This document shows, piece after piece, positions 48,801-61,649 of a stretch of 64,000 nucleotides of DNA. This stretch comes from Nageia nagi. Taxonomy: Eukaryota; Plantae; Pinophyta. The notes under the pieces are model-generated. The model was not told where the DNA came from. It saw only the letters and a list, made by a program, of their open reading frames with translations, and did not search any database. The position numbers and the translations under genes were made by a program. Position 1 is the first letter of the stretch. Every line of letters begins with the position of its first letter. The DNA lies in contig JBITNC010000001.1 of NCBI GenBank assembly GCA_050084985.1, positions 19,530,001 to 19,594,000 on the forward strand, given 5' to 3'.

Positions 48801-51800
48801 CCATGTTTCCTACAACCTTTGATGAACATGCCAACCTTTGGTAACAACAATCTAGCGAAAGGATCAATTACTTCATGGGACCAACTTGAATAAGCATTTC
48901 AATCAATTTACGTGCCTGTTGATCCAACCCTTTTATACCATGAGTTTGCCTTAATTTCAAAAGGAACTCATGAGCCAATGAGACTATTTAATGATAGGTT
49001 TCAAAAGGCATATAACAAGCTGATGGACTCTTGCAAAGTGTCAAAAGAACTTGCTTTACAGCTATATTTTAAAGCATTGGACATAATGACCTCAACCTTT
49101 GTGTGAAGAGAGGTTGTAGTTATCTCATTACCACTGGCTTATGCAAAAGCAATCAAAGTTGAACAGCAACTTAATCCGCAAGGTATTGGTGGTATGAATG
49201 CTACTACAAGTCAGGCAATACATCCTTCAAATGCATACCCTTCGAATCCCAATTCTCAACGTATGTCAAATTTTGCTATGTTTAACAATTCCATTCAGCC
49301 CAATTCTTCAACATTGTTGTACTACCCATATTCATGGGCTACTAATGTTAATCTTGCAAATGGATCGATTGCATCACAAACTAGTTCATTCATGAACAAC
49401 CAGTCTATAAATACCAATCCCACTTTCCTTCCTCCATCCACCAATATTCCCATTCAACCCTCATTCCTCCATCCAACCACACTAGCCACAAATACCACTG
49501 CTAGTGCTGCAAGTACATCTGGCCAAGCTAATCAATTTGTGGAAATGTAGAAATTTATGGAACAACAGGGAGCAATGATATAAAAATTGGCTAATGACAC
49601 GACTCAAATGAAGCTGAAACAAGATACTCAAGATCAACGAAGTGTCCGTGGCCAGAATCATCAGAATGATTGAGGCCAAAATTATCAAAATGATCAAGGG
49701 AAAAAGTTTAAGAATGATTGAAGTTAGAATGACAGACCCAAGAATTACAACTTTCAAAGGCCAAATAAAACTTGGAATACAGGCCCAAATAATGGTGGTA
49801 TGCCAAATTTAGTAATCAACAATAATGGTAATCAAGTGAACAACATTGACCTATCAAGAATAGTCTTATCCAATTGGTGTGGGATCCATTCTACAACCTC
49901 ACATGGAGAGTCTAGTTGCCTTGAATTCAAAGTAGCGTTCAACGTTTTTAAGCAAGAAATCCAAAACATGGATATGACACCAAATGAGGAGTTGGGCACT
50001 TCTTATGGTAATTCCAATCCAGTCTTGATAACTTAAATGAGCAATAATGAAGATGACATCCTAGAAGAAGAAATTTTTGATGAAGTATATTCCTCAAGTC
50101 AGATTTTCAATGAAGAGGCATTTGTCAAGCATCACAAGGCCAACATACCTATGATTTTCGACCAAGAAATAAAGAAACTACATCTTCATTTCGACATCCA
50201 AACAATACTCAAATACCACCTAATACAACTTCATAAAACAATCCTCCTCCACCACTGCATGTGCAACAGCCTATTCAAAAACCTGTGCAACCTATACAAC
50301 CATCCTATCATGCACAGCTCCAACGAGGAGAGGCGTAGCTCAACTACAAAAAGGGAGTTGACGAGAGGACGAAATCAAATCCAATGTCCTACAATATAGT
50401 TGAGGATATGAAGAAAACAAGATCGAATACAACATTGTATGAATCCTTAGATAGTGATGTCCAACAAGAGTTGTTATTGAAGGAAATTAAAAAAAAAGAA
50501 ACAAAAATGGATGGCTAAACCCGCAAAAACACATGCAGTATCCATACAAAAAGGCGAGGATAAAAATGAATCACCTTTATTCTTGTTGACACACAGAATA
50601 GCAAGTAAAAACTTCAATAATTGATTGGTAGAGTCAGGAGCTCCGGGGAACATCATGCCTTATGGTATATGAAAGAGAGTAAAATTACCACTCATGGACA
50701 GCCCTAGAAAGGTCACTCAATCGGGCAAGACAGAAGTTAAAGTGGTAGGGATGACAACTAGAACACATATTCAAATACCTTTCGAACCTTGCATAGTACA
50801 AAATATTGATATCCAAGTAGTTGAAATTCCAAATAACTATGGGATATTGTTGAGCAAAAATTGGTCAAAGAATCTAAACAAGTACATTTCTATAGACTTC
50901 TCACACATGTGGCTTTCGTGGAGAGAAAATGCCAATCAAATAAAGGTAAACAATGAACCAAGGCTCAAAGAGATGATCATAGACAATAAGAATCTGAATG
51001 GGATCCAATTCTCTTAATACGAGATAGACATTTATTCCCTCAAAGTTAAAGATGACCACGATAAAATTCAACATGTTGACATGGAACCTATAGAGAGAAA
51101 ATCCTTTAAGCCTAGGCTTATAAAAGAAACATTTAAGGCTCACAATCCCATAAATACTACAACGAACTACACTAGATACTCAAATGTGATGGTTCAAAAT
51201 CCAAGCAAAAAGATAGGTGGAAGTAGGCCTCGAGAAATGTCTTTATACTTTTGATATGAAGGTCGTTCCACCAAAGCTGAATACAGAGTAAGGAGTTACC
51301 ATTAATCAGTAATGGTAAACATTTGAAACAATGTTTTCGATCTCGAAGAGAACCGATTGTGTTGTACTATAATGTAAATGGGTTAGTACATTTTGCTTTG
51401 GCATTTTAGTTTGCAGCTAGAGTTAAATTAGGAATTTGAAAGTACTCATCAAGATACTATCATCAAAGCAAACCATGCTCGAGAACTATTTGTTCCAACC
51501 CAAAGACTACAGTTGAAATAAACACTCTAGATAATACTAATTGATTATCTGATGAAAAAGGAAGTTGACAATGGTTCCCTACCAATTGGTGAAAATCTAA
51601 AAGAAAGAAATTATCCAAGGTCATGGATGACAGATGATGGATATAAAATGGGATTGCAATCAATAAGCCTCAAGCTATTGATGAAGCGCAAACAGAGGAC
51701 TTTAAGCCTCTTGTGGTGAGTGAAGAGAAAGGCAAGGACATTTGAAAAAAAAGTTGTGTTGAGAAATGTAAACTGTATTCTCATGTATTATTCATTTAGA

Positions 51801-54800
51801 GATTACACAAATATATATAGCCATGGATCTGTAACGAAAAGATGCTCCATGGAAGGGTAATAATGGAGCAGTACTTGAGAGTTATCACTCTCAGTGATAT
51901 TACACAAAACATTGACTAAATTCCTACTATAAATAACTAAAAATTGTTACAATATGTCTTAGGAGTTAAAAACAATAAACCCACTAAGTGATATGGAAAA
52001 CAAACACCAAAAATAGAGTCAAAGATGCTAAAAACATTAAAGACTAGAAACTGCCCAAAATCTTGACAAATTGTAGGTTTGACTATCTATAAGTTTGACT
52101 GTCCAACTAAGCTCAATTTTCAACATGCACAACATTTGGATACATCTAGTAAGCTAGGAAGTAAGGCCACAAACATGTCTCCAGAACCAAGACTATAACG
52201 TAGGTGTCCCGATGGCTACTCAAATAGCTAGTGAGAGTTCACTCATTGTAACGCAAACCGACAATGTAACCGTTAGTGAATGTTGACATTGATTCGTTCT
52301 CCAATGAACAATGTAAATCATTGTGTATCCAATTTTATATACACTAATTTTTGTTTTTATTTTGCTATTGTTGTGCCCGCACAACTTACCCCAAAATACA
52401 AGATTTTGGGGATCCTATTTCTTCTTAGACAATGAAGGAAATTGCTTAAAATATGACTAAAGAGATGGTTTTGAAGTGGTTAAAGAGATCAAACGATAAA
52501 ATGATGCACGAAGGCTTCCCACGGAGTTCACTAGATGGTTCAAAGTGCTCAATCGCCAATTTGGAGCAATAAGGAGCCAAGATTTGAGCAACAAATTGAA
52601 ATACAAGTTTCTGGGTCTTGAAAAGGCTTATGGGAAATAAGATCATTTTTTATCCTTACTAGATGCAAAATTTGATAAGATAGGTTTGTGGAGGAGGCCA
52701 CAGCAAGTGTCTTTAAACTTGTAATTTTCGGTAATCAACCAAAATTGCAAGATTTGTATCAATGGGGAGTTTTGAAACAAACCAAATACAAATGTATGCA
52801 AATCCACAATAACACAACAGAACCAAATCTGATTTTATATTTTTATTTTCTTTTTAAATAACACAAATTGCAACTACAGCAAGTTAGAGAGAATGAAGAC
52901 AATGTATTAAACTTATATGTAATCAAAACTCCTACAAGTCACTGAACACACCTCAACAAAACTGGAAGAACAGTTGTAACACCCTCAAAGTGCTAAACGA
53001 ACCCTTATAGGACTAGTAATCTAGCACTAATGCAATCACCACTGTAGTTTCAATACATGCAACCCCAAACGAACTCCTCAAAATCCCCAACAAATTGATC
53101 TGATGCCAAAATTATTATCTCAACTCCTAAAACTTCAAATAGGCAAGCACAAATAGTCTTCAAATCTCTCCTCTAGAACCTGAAATATCATAAGTAGAAT
53201 ACTAAGGCCCAAAAGCATACAAGCTCTCTAAGTTCTCTACCAAAATCAGTCCTCTCCAAAACAAACAACTCTTCCTCTTCAAGAGTCTTGGAAATCTTAA
53301 TTTAAGCCTCTTGATAGTTACAAAAGTCTGTCTCATAACAGTTACAAATCCTCTCCTATGGCAGTTACAAAAGTATTAAATAATACCTTCGACTTTGACC
53401 TCAAAACAATTACTTTTGCCAAAATAACAGTTACAAATACTAGAAACATTTAATATTGTCTTATCATCCCAACCATGAAGCTAAAAAAGTGTACCAAGTC
53501 AATGACATTAATTAATACCTTTTTTTTGTCCCAAAACTATTCTAAATACATAACCAACTCCCTAAACACTTATATTAACAATAAAACTTCTCAAAACACA
53601 CTAACCCACCCCTTAGAAGCCCACAAACAACAAAACATAAATTTAAAATATTTACGAGGTTGAAAATATTTTGGGACGTTACATGTTTTTGAGGGTTTGA
53701 TGGCATTAAAGGCCCTAAATGTGTGCTTCGTGCAAATTTAGTCCATTTTGATCTCCATCAAATGCAAAATTTGAAGGTATGAGCTTGTAAAGGGTACAAA
53801 ATCAAACACATTTAACTTGGAAACTTGTCCAAAGGATCAAATTTGCTCAATCTAGGAGAGGGTGCACTTTTTGGGGGTTTAGCATCACCAAAGAAAAAAA
53901 ATCAACACCTAGTACAAGAATGCACAAGTTTGACCAAATTTTGATCTAATTGTTGAAGGGACATGCATGTGCACAATGGAAAATTGAACACCTTTGCTCT
54001 TGGGACTTTGCCAAAATCATGCTCTCCAAAACTAGGCGCATTTTTTTGAGGATTGGTGGTGTCAAAGGTTGAAAATGTGTGCCTAGTGCAAAAATGCTCA
54101 TTTTTATCAAACCCAAATTCAAAATTTGTGGACAATGAAAAATCATACATGTTTAGACTTGGAACTTTTGGAAAGCATCAAACACTCCCACCACACTAGG
54201 CGCAATTTTTTAAGGATTGGTATCCACTGTCACCAAAGACAAAAAATAGTGCCTAGGAGCAAAATGACATGACTTTGATCTTTGAGAAATGTGGAATTTG
54301 AATACACAAGGTGGTGAAGGGTGCAAAAACAAATGCTTTTGCTCTTGGAAGCGTTCCAAAATGACAAAAAAATGCATCTTCCCTACCTAGGCGCTGATTG
54401 TTTGACTTTGATGTCACCAAAGAAAGAAAAATGGCACCTAAGTGTAAAACGCTTCTTCTTGATCAAAATTTCAAAATCAAATTTGAGCATATAAGCATAT
54501 GAAGGGTCAAATTTCAAGCATATTGGTCTTAGAATTTCATCCAAAAGATCAAAAATGTACAAGAAGCTTTGCTCTTGGAACTTTTCAAATAGACCAAAAT
54601 TTCCACCTCCAAGACATAGGCGCTGATTTTGGGGCTTTGGTGCAACAAAGAAGGAAAATGGCCAGCTAAGTGAGGACTGACACTATTTAGCATGCAAAAG
54701 GCACTACTAGGCATGCAAAATGCACCAAAATCTTATAAATACAAGCCTAAGGTATTCATTTGCATCACAATACACCTACTCTCCAAGTTCAGCGTGATTT

Positions 54801-57800
54801 TTTGGACACTGATCTCAGCAAACAAAAATCAGCACCTACTTCCGAAGTGATGTTTAGAGATCCAAATTCTCCAAAAACATGACAAAACACTTCCAAGATC
54901 CATTGCCCATCCATCCATGAGGTTATTTGAGCATTCCAAACACTTTCCAAAAAAATTCCAAAATCAAACCCCCTTCATTTTTGCCATTTCTTCACACTTA
55001 TCAAAACTTGAAAAAAGAGCACCGAAGGCACTTTTCCAACTTAAAAATCTTAAAGACCCAAAGAGTTTGGGTAATCAAAACAAACTGCAAAGATGAGCAC
55101 CTTGGATGGGTGACGAAGACCCAACATTAGCTTACTCTTAACCATGGGTTCTTCCCCAACATCCAGACCCATTCTCCAAGCTCCAAAGCTGCCCAAAACA
55201 TATCAAAAATCCTCAAAAACAGCGAAGTGTTTCGGACCTCAAAAACTTCTCTGTTTTCCCTAAAATTCGAACATGATGCTCATAGAATTATTGCCCACCC
55301 ATCTGTTGTTGTCCCAAAATTCCGCGAAATTTGAAAATTTGCTCAAAATCACTCCAAACACCTCTACCAAGCTCAAAAACTTGTCAAAACCAGCCAAAGA
55401 TCTGCTCATAACACCTTTTATTATATTACAAGTAGAGTTGCAGCTGACTATACAAGAGGGAGGAGATTGGACCAAAAAAGGAGGAAAAGTGATCAATGGA
55501 GTACACTTGACGCAGCCTTTCGTGCCATTTATGTCTCAAACATTCTAAATTTAGTCATAGTTATAATTTTGGAGATAGCCATGTTGTGGCTACCTTAGTA
55601 GTAGATTTAGTTGTTTTTAGCTAAATTAGTGGGATGTGTTTTTTACTCACATGAAAAATATGTAAAAGAGGAGCAAACTTGAATATTTGTGCAAAAAACC
55701 CCTTTTTATTAAATTAATGCAAAGTGGTGAACTATTGAATCAAAGTGGATTTATCATTTATGGTAATGTGGATTTGAACTTTTAGAGCTTTCTTGCATGA
55801 TTCGAACGCTTTTGCACCCTTTCCTTGAAAATTTTCAAATTTTAGGAAAACTTTTTGAATTTTTTATAAAACATGCTTGATTCATTCCTAGATTGTTGCT
55901 AATCCATAACTTGCATGTTAAATGAATGTATTCTGAATTTTCTTTCATTCTATGTCATCCAATTAAACCTTCCATTCGAAACGAGTCGATTTGTGCGTTC
56001 TTCACTACGTTCTTTTGATTGTCAATCAATCCTGCAATAGAAGAACTGACAAGCATCTTTACTCGTTGCTCCATTTTGGAAATAACTTGGACTTATGTCA
56101 TTTATTTCCAGATTGGATGAATTCAAATAAAAACTCTTAATCGATCCGGAAAGTAAAAGATTTAGACAATGCTTCATTATGATAGTCACTTCGAAATCTA
56201 ACCAGTATTGTGTTTTATCATTCTCATTTTATGTTTTCTTTTTAACTTTTTTGAAAACACAACACCCTTCAATCATTGCATAAAAACACCTCGGTGCCCT
56301 ATAAAAAACGTTAGTTACCTTCCATCAACTTTATTACACCATCGAGTTGATTCTCAACAAGAGTTACCAAGCCATTGAAATTGAACTTGTGTTTTTGCAA
56401 ATTTAAATACAAAAACCTTGGGGTATCAATCCTTACAAAAGGGGATAGGTAACGCTATCTCACCTAAATGTTGGGTTGCTTTCCCATTTATCGTCTCTTT
56501 GACAATCTTAGTAAGAGGAAAGATTTCCATCCCAACAGATCCTAAAGGTGAGTTGATGAATTATGCTTTGATGTTTCAAACTGAGTTTGAACCTTCAATT
56601 TCATTCAAAAGAATGATACTTCAAATTTTATGAGAATTCCCAAGGGAAATAAATGTGTGGGTTCTAAGTGGATCTACAAGAATAATTATAACAATGATGG
56701 CAAGCATTGAAAAGATACGACTAAACATTTTGCCAAAGGATGCAAACAAAGCTATGGAATTGAATACAAAAACATATTTGCATCGAATGCAAGGTAAGAA
56801 ACTATTGAGATGGTCTTAGCTATGCAACTCAAAAAAGATGGTTTGTCCATCACTTGGATGTGAAAAGTGCCTTATTGAAATGGATACTTGGAAGAGGAAG
56901 TGTTTATTAGTCGAGTATTCATCGAACTACTTATGTATATGAGACCATTGAGAAGACCAAGGAGGCCATTACAATGTCTTATAAAAACATAGAGACACAA
57001 CATAATCCTTTTTTGGAGTTGATTAACTATAGATGATTAAATTAATTTCATAATACCATTCGTGCAATAAGCTATAATCTAAATTCGAAACATTTTTATG
57101 ATGAAACGTTTGTGGCTAACGATAAAGATGTTAGTGACCTTTGTAATTGCCTCAAGAGGATGGTCCAAGATAAGTAAAAAATGGATCAAATACAAAGAGA
57201 ATTACAAAATTACAAGAATGTAGAGGACTATCTTTTCACAAGTGCGCTTTGCATTAGGTCATGTACAACTCAAAATCCAATTAACATTTATTTGATCTTT
57301 TATTTTTATTTGAAGTTTTCTAAAGAAGTGATTGATTTTTAATTTATTATTTTATTTATTTTATTTTCAGTTATGTAATGGTAATGCTTTGGCACGAAAA
57401 TGCCATTTATCTAGCAATTAACAATCCGATTTTTCTCCCAACCTTGTAACTCTTCTGGATGTGAGTGTAATTGGTGTATGTTTGAGCACATACACTCCAA
57501 CAAAAGCAACAGACTAACTCAAGAATGGCTAAACAAATTGATGTATGTGCATTACAATCCCATGCTCCATGATAAACAAATAGATAGAATCAATCATGAT
57601 GTGATCAATTTCAATAAGATTGATCCCTCTTTGAATGGCTCACAAAACTTGAAAGTGAAACTAGACAACCAAGAGAAGGGAGTTACTTGTTTTCAAATGA
57701 ACTTAGCACATAGTGAGACCCAGATAGCACATGAACTTGCAGCCATGGGAGAAGCACCATAGATTATACAAACATCCGTAGCAGCAGCTAAAGGAAAGAC

Positions 57801-60444
57801 GAAAAAGAGGGCACACATCATTGGTGTGTTTGCAATAAACAATTTGCTATCTATTTTAATTTAACACTATGTATTTTTCATATTAGATGCAAAAAATATG
57901 TTGAGCTTTGTCTAAAATCATTTTTCTAATTTTATATTTGTTGTTTTTTTGCCAAATAATTGTCAAATCGCTGAATCTTATCAGCTTTGACCCAAACAAA
58001 TATTGGTTGAATCTGCATCTCATAACTATGGTACGTACAACAACATCGAGGTTTTGAGAAGGAAAAGAGAAATATGTATACAAGTTGAGCAAGACCTTGT
58101 ATGGCCTCAATAAAGCACCAAGCGCTTGGTATGCCGTGAAAGACAGATATTTTCAACAAAGTGGCTTCAAGAGGAGCAAGAGTGAGCCTACCATCTACTA
58201 CAAGAAAGAAGGTAATGATATTCGTGTTGTATGTAGATGAATTCAAGAATGCTACGATGAACAAGTTTGAAATGAAAGATTTGGGGTTGACACATTTACT
58301 TTCTTACAATGGAGGCTCATCAACATGAGTATGATTTTTTTTGTCAAACTAAGTATCTAAAAGATATGTTCAAAAAGTATGGTATGGAGAATCGCAAACC
58401 AATTCCACTCCTATTGCTCATGAAGAACTATTGTGCAAGAGTGATGAGCTAAGAAAGTAGATATGATTGATTATAGGGGTATTGTAGGAAGTTTTATGTT
58501 TCTAATTTCCACTATACCAAACATTGTTCATGTTGTTTCACATGTTTCAAGGTACACAAGTGAACCATCTCCAGTTCATTTGACGATTGCCAAGAGAATC
58601 TTGAGGCATGTGAAAGGCATTCTTGATTTTGGCATTCATTATGATGCAACTAAGGACATGGACCTAGTTGGTTTCAATGATACTGATTGGAGAAGCAACT
58701 TGGATGACCGGAAATCTACTTCTGAAAATTGTTTTTCTACTTCTGAAAATTGTTTTTCTCTTGGTTCCAAATTGATCACTTGGAGCTCAAAGAAGCAAGC
58801 ATCGATTGTTCTTTCCTCCACAAAAGATGAGTATATATTGCAATCACCTCAGCTGATACACAAACTTTTGTGGCATGGGAAGGTGTTGGAGGGGATTGGT
58901 AAGAAACAATGTAATCCCACTATCATTTTTTGTGATAATATAGAAGCAATTTAGTTGGCAAAGAATCTAGTCCATCATTTTCAATTTAAGCATTTTAATT
59001 TTAAGCATTATTTCATCCATGACATGATGCAAAAGCAGGAAATTGAGTTGAAGTATTGTTTTACTCAAGATCAGATTGTTGATGTATTCACAAAAGGAGT
59101 TGGCAAAGTTCAGCTCCTTAAGCTTAGAGACAGCTTAATAAGCCCCCTCAACATCAAGGGGGAAAATGTTGGAAACATGATGCTAATCAAACATGAAGAA
59201 GACAAATCAAACTCATGTTTTTTGTAATCTACAACTGCCCATTTCAAGATTGTAATTGTAACTACTATATTCTCTTTTATTACAGTTGAGAAGAAGCATT
59301 TATAACCGAAAAGAAGACAAATAGTCATCCCCAATGCATGCAATACTTGAGAGTTGGTTGATTGATGTAGTGTGTGTGGCAGAGAAGCTGGTGGTATGAG
59401 TTGTTGTGAATTAACTTGTCTTATAACTATTGTTGTGCGAATGAACAATAATGAAATCATTGATGCTCCATCCTGCATTAAGTTTTTGTTATATATATAT
59501 ATTGAATCTGGTTTATTTTTGCTGTTCGTTCATAATGCTAATCTGCAAATGTAATCTTGTTTTAGCACATTTCTAGAACACCCGCGATATGCCTATCAAA
59601 ATTTCAAAATGCATGCAATCTACCTATCACAGTCACAAATCCCCTGCGATCTGGTTTCTAAGCATTGTCAAGTGTTATGAGGATTACTGAGTGTTGTTTT
59701 GGTCCTCTGTTATCACTTAAGGGGTCGAAATCCCCATATTTCATAGCAAGCTCACTCCATAATGGTGGCTTATGACCTTGCCTCAGAAATATAAAGGAAA
59801 TTATATTTAGAATCCATTAAGATGAATGGCGTTGCTTGTTAATTACTTTGATGTTGATGGTGATAATGTAGTTCTGTATTATTTCCAGCGCTCTGAATGG
59901 ATGGATTGGTGAAGATGTAACCCCGCTGACCTTCACTGATCTCTTAAAAATCTGACCTCTGGTCTAGAATTTCTACCCAAAGTAACTAGTACAAATACTT
60001 CACAAGTAACTCATATTGCCAACCCAAAACTTAAAGGCAGGTTTCTAACTGAACCAAAACCTCCTGATGAAAGAAAACAGTCCTCCAAATATCTTGGAAA
60101 TCCTGAAAACAAAAACAATCAGAATCTATCCACATTGTAACTAGAAGTATTTCTCCCCATAAGAACCTCAATAGGATTTTTTGCTACTGCTTAATCATAT
60201 ATTAAATACTCTTTTTTTTAATATTTTTACAGCAGAACGGAAAGATTTAACCTAGCTACTTGCTCATTTCCCAAAACCCTCATCGAAACCTATAGAAGTC
60301 TTCAAATTCGGGACCGAAAGAAACCCAAAAACCTATTTCGTATAAATATTCAAATATCTGAAATAAACACTTAAAATTTATAGAAAATAAGTGCTAAAAG
60401 AGGATAGATTACCTGATACGCTCTCCTTGACGCCCCTTCACCAT
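30840..60444 (-). CDS. RPL35A: 60S ribosomal protein L35a (eL33) gene, 4 coding exons; 357 nt spliced CDS, 118 aa
   Basis: Joining exons 60413-60444, 31350-31385, 31003-31231 and 30840-30899 at GT-AG sites gives [118 protein letters not shown], recognisable as plant L35a. Intron phases are consistent (2, 2, 0). Confidence 0.95.
31003..31231 (-). CDS. RPL35A: RPL35A coding exon 3
   Basis: GACAG| acceptor, ATG|GTATGT donor; overlaps ORF 30958..31182 with [11 protein letters not shown] and WGKVxRPHGNSG motifs. Confidence 0.96.
31350..31385 (-). CDS. RPL35A: RPL35A coding exon 2 ([13 protein letters not shown])
   Basis: TGTAG| acceptor, |GTATAA donor, conserved [12 protein letters not shown]. 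Confidence 0.95.
36976..40087 (+). mobile_element. Solo-LTR-like insert of about 3.1 kb
   Basis: TG...CA ends embedded in CATG at both sides; repeat-rich U3-like part; TATA-like TATTAATAG at about 39118; U5-like part sharing GAAACAACCACTTTCTG-like sequence with the element B LTR; splits the extra ORF. Confidence 0.65.
37204..38704. repeat. Array of about 14 palindromic 45 bp units (GCATGC-N-AAAGACAAAATCTTGTCTTT-N-GCATGC)
   Basis: Copies start at about 37204, 37312, 37427, 37540, 37686, 37751, 37812, 37878, 38011, 38080, 38227, 38372, 38443 and 38658. Confidence 0.92.
41497..42560. repeat. Array of about 8 imperfect palindromic 55 bp units (GGTGGTCGCAT...AAAAGATGCAAATGT...CCATGCGACC)
   Basis: Copies at about 41498, 41688, 41790, 41915 (partial), 42015, 42205, 42322 and 42500. 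Confidence 0.85.
43883..44061. mobile_element. MITE of about 179 bp inserted in the Copia F integrase
   Basis: TIRs TACAAGGTTCCACAAGG / CCTTTGTAACCTTGTA; internal GGGAAC repeats; removal restores [13 protein letters not shown] (the copia LVHxDxCGPM motif). Confidence 0.85.
48191..48207 (+). promoter_or_regulatory. Primer-binding site complementary to the 3' end of plant tRNA-Asn(GUU)
   Basis: TGGCGCTAGAAGGAGGG is the reverse complement of CCCTCCTTCTAGCG-CCA (tRNA end recalled from memory); 5 nt after the LTR end. Confidence 0.8.
48310..51150 (+). pseudogene. Element B gag and aspartic protease (disrupted)
   Basis: [24 protein letters not shown] gag; Q/N-rich linker; [13 protein letters not shown] degenerate protease site; DFSHMWL; no RT, RH or INT follows. 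Confidence 0.8.
51757..52125 (-). mobile_element. Possible short solo LTR inside element B
   Basis: Inverted termini TGTTGAGAAA / TTTTCAACA and an internal TATATATA; no TSD found. Confidence 0.35.
52773..53683 (-). mobile_element. Solo LTR (911 bp) inserted in the 3' LTR of element B
   Basis: Absent from the 5' LTR copy; minus-strand termini TGTAACGTCCC...GTTTCA; flanks AGTTT/TGTTT. Confidence 0.88.
56903..58030 (+). mobile_element. 5'-truncated hAT DNA transposon (transposase C-terminal dimerisation region) inside the Copia F RT
   Basis: [41 protein letters not shown]; intron-like AT tract ending TTTTCAG at 57370; right terminus CATAACTATG; copia RT GYLEEEV|YVQQ is split at these points. 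Confidence 0.85.
60413..60444 (-). CDS. RPL35A: RPL35A coding exon 1 ([11 protein letters not shown])
   Basis: ATG GTG AAG GGG CGT CAA GGA GAG CGT ATC AG|GTAATC donor; matches the plant L35a N-terminus. Confidence 0.92.
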
Positions 60445-60479
60445 TTTGCCTCTTCTCTCTCCCTCACTCAAAACCCTTG

Positions 60480-60518
60480 AAAATCTAAGAGACGGAAGTT
60501 CTGAGTTTTTTTTATAAA
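60480..60518 (-). promoter_or_regulatory. Putative RPL35A core promoter: TATA box and pyrimidine-rich initiation region
   Basis: Minus-strand TATAAAA at 60516-60510, followed by CTTCCGTCTCTT, about 70 nt upstream of the ATG. Confidence 0.5.
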
Positions 60519-61649
60519 TTGTTGTTTTCCTGTCTTCTATTTTAAAGAAAATTTGTGTTGAATTTTGAAGCTTCCCTAGTCTACAACAGTAATTGGCTCT
60601 ATTGCCTAAAATTGACTTAACTAATGTAGTCAATTAATACTATGAGCTACAATAATAGGTAATTATTAATATTATGTGTTATAATGATTTAAAATTTAAA
60701 TGAGATAGGAAATTGATTATAAAAAAATATTAAATAATAAATGCATTAAATACATGATAATATGAAGAGGTTATTGTTATTGATTTGTAATGATCTTATT
60801 TAAAAATATTATGATGATTTGTTAATGTAATGATTATTGAAATAGTATATATTTGTTGAAGTGTAAATTTTGTAGATTTAATTTTGAATTTTGTTTAATT
60901 CTATATAATTTTAGTTCTTAGAAAATTCAAACATAATCTCATCTTTAGTAGGTAAGGTCATATTCAATAGGTGTGATTTTTCAATAATAGTATTTTTTTA
61001 ATAGAACAATATCAAAATGTTTTAGAAAAGAGGACATCAATATAATAGATCAATGTAGCATCAATATTGTAATTTTGAAGAACTTTTAATAGTTTTGGAA
61101 GGTAAAGTATTTAGTATTTTAAATCAAGGCATCGAATATGTTGTAATGAAAAGTTTTACTCTTATATATATGCTTCAGATGATGCTTATTTTCAATATGC
61201 ACACTATGATGAACTTGCATACATAAACTTAGTCATTAGATAGATTAATTCTTATTTTAAATTTAAAACTAATAAAAAAAGGAGCATTATAGTATTTTCA
61301 AAATCATTATAACATTCTTCAATGAATGAAATATGGGGGTCAAGGAAGAAATCAAATTTGAAGGGTTACTTCATTTTTCAAAGGTGAATTTCAATAAAGG
61401 CCTTCTTTAGTGAAGGTTTAAAAAATATTTGTAATGAACCTAACTATGAAAGAGAGCAAACTCATTCAAAATAATTACTCATCCATGATTAATCCTCGAG
61501 AAACTTCAATTTCACATCATTAATGCATCAACAATTATGAAAATACTTAAAGCAAATGCGAACATGCCACCAAACTTTCATATTAAAGTGCCAAACCAAT
61601 ATCATTTACCAAGATGAGCAAGTATAAGTAACAAATGAGCACAAATGAT

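Larger units (their letters stand above)
44606..56537 (+). mobile_element. Non-autonomous Ty3/gypsy (non-chromovirus, Tat-like) element B with large LTRs
   Basis: 5' LTR 44606-48185, 3' LTR 52369-56537; perfect TSD GATCC (44601-44605, 56538-56542); PBS TGGCGCTAGAAGGAGGG at 48191; gag and protease remnants only. Confidence 0.93.
32282..59745 (+). mobile_element. Ty1/copia LTR retrotransposon F in RPL35A intron 1, antisense to the gene, expanded to 27.5 kb by nested insertions
   Basis: 5' LTR 32282-32839, 3' LTR 59167-59745; perfect TSD GCAAG (32277-32281, 59746-59750); PBS TGGTATCAGAGC at 32842; PPT AAGGGGGAAAA at 59156; coding pieces at about 32991-33433, 42862-44605, 56538-56902 and 58031-59150. 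Confidence 0.95.
31386..60412 (-). other. RPL35A intron 1, 29,027 bp, TE-filled
   Basis: GT at 60412-60411, AG at 31387-31386; the flanking exons join in frame (AG+G = Arg). Confidence 0.9.

Noticed and set aside
60270-60480. Telo-box elements near exon 1
   Set aside because: Only imperfect AAACCCTC and AAACCCTT matches to AAACCCTA.
60445-60633. N-terminal extension from ORF 60409..60633
   Set aside because: It begins at a non-ATG codon and runs through the promoter and 5' UTR; similarity to L35a begins at the ATG at 60444.
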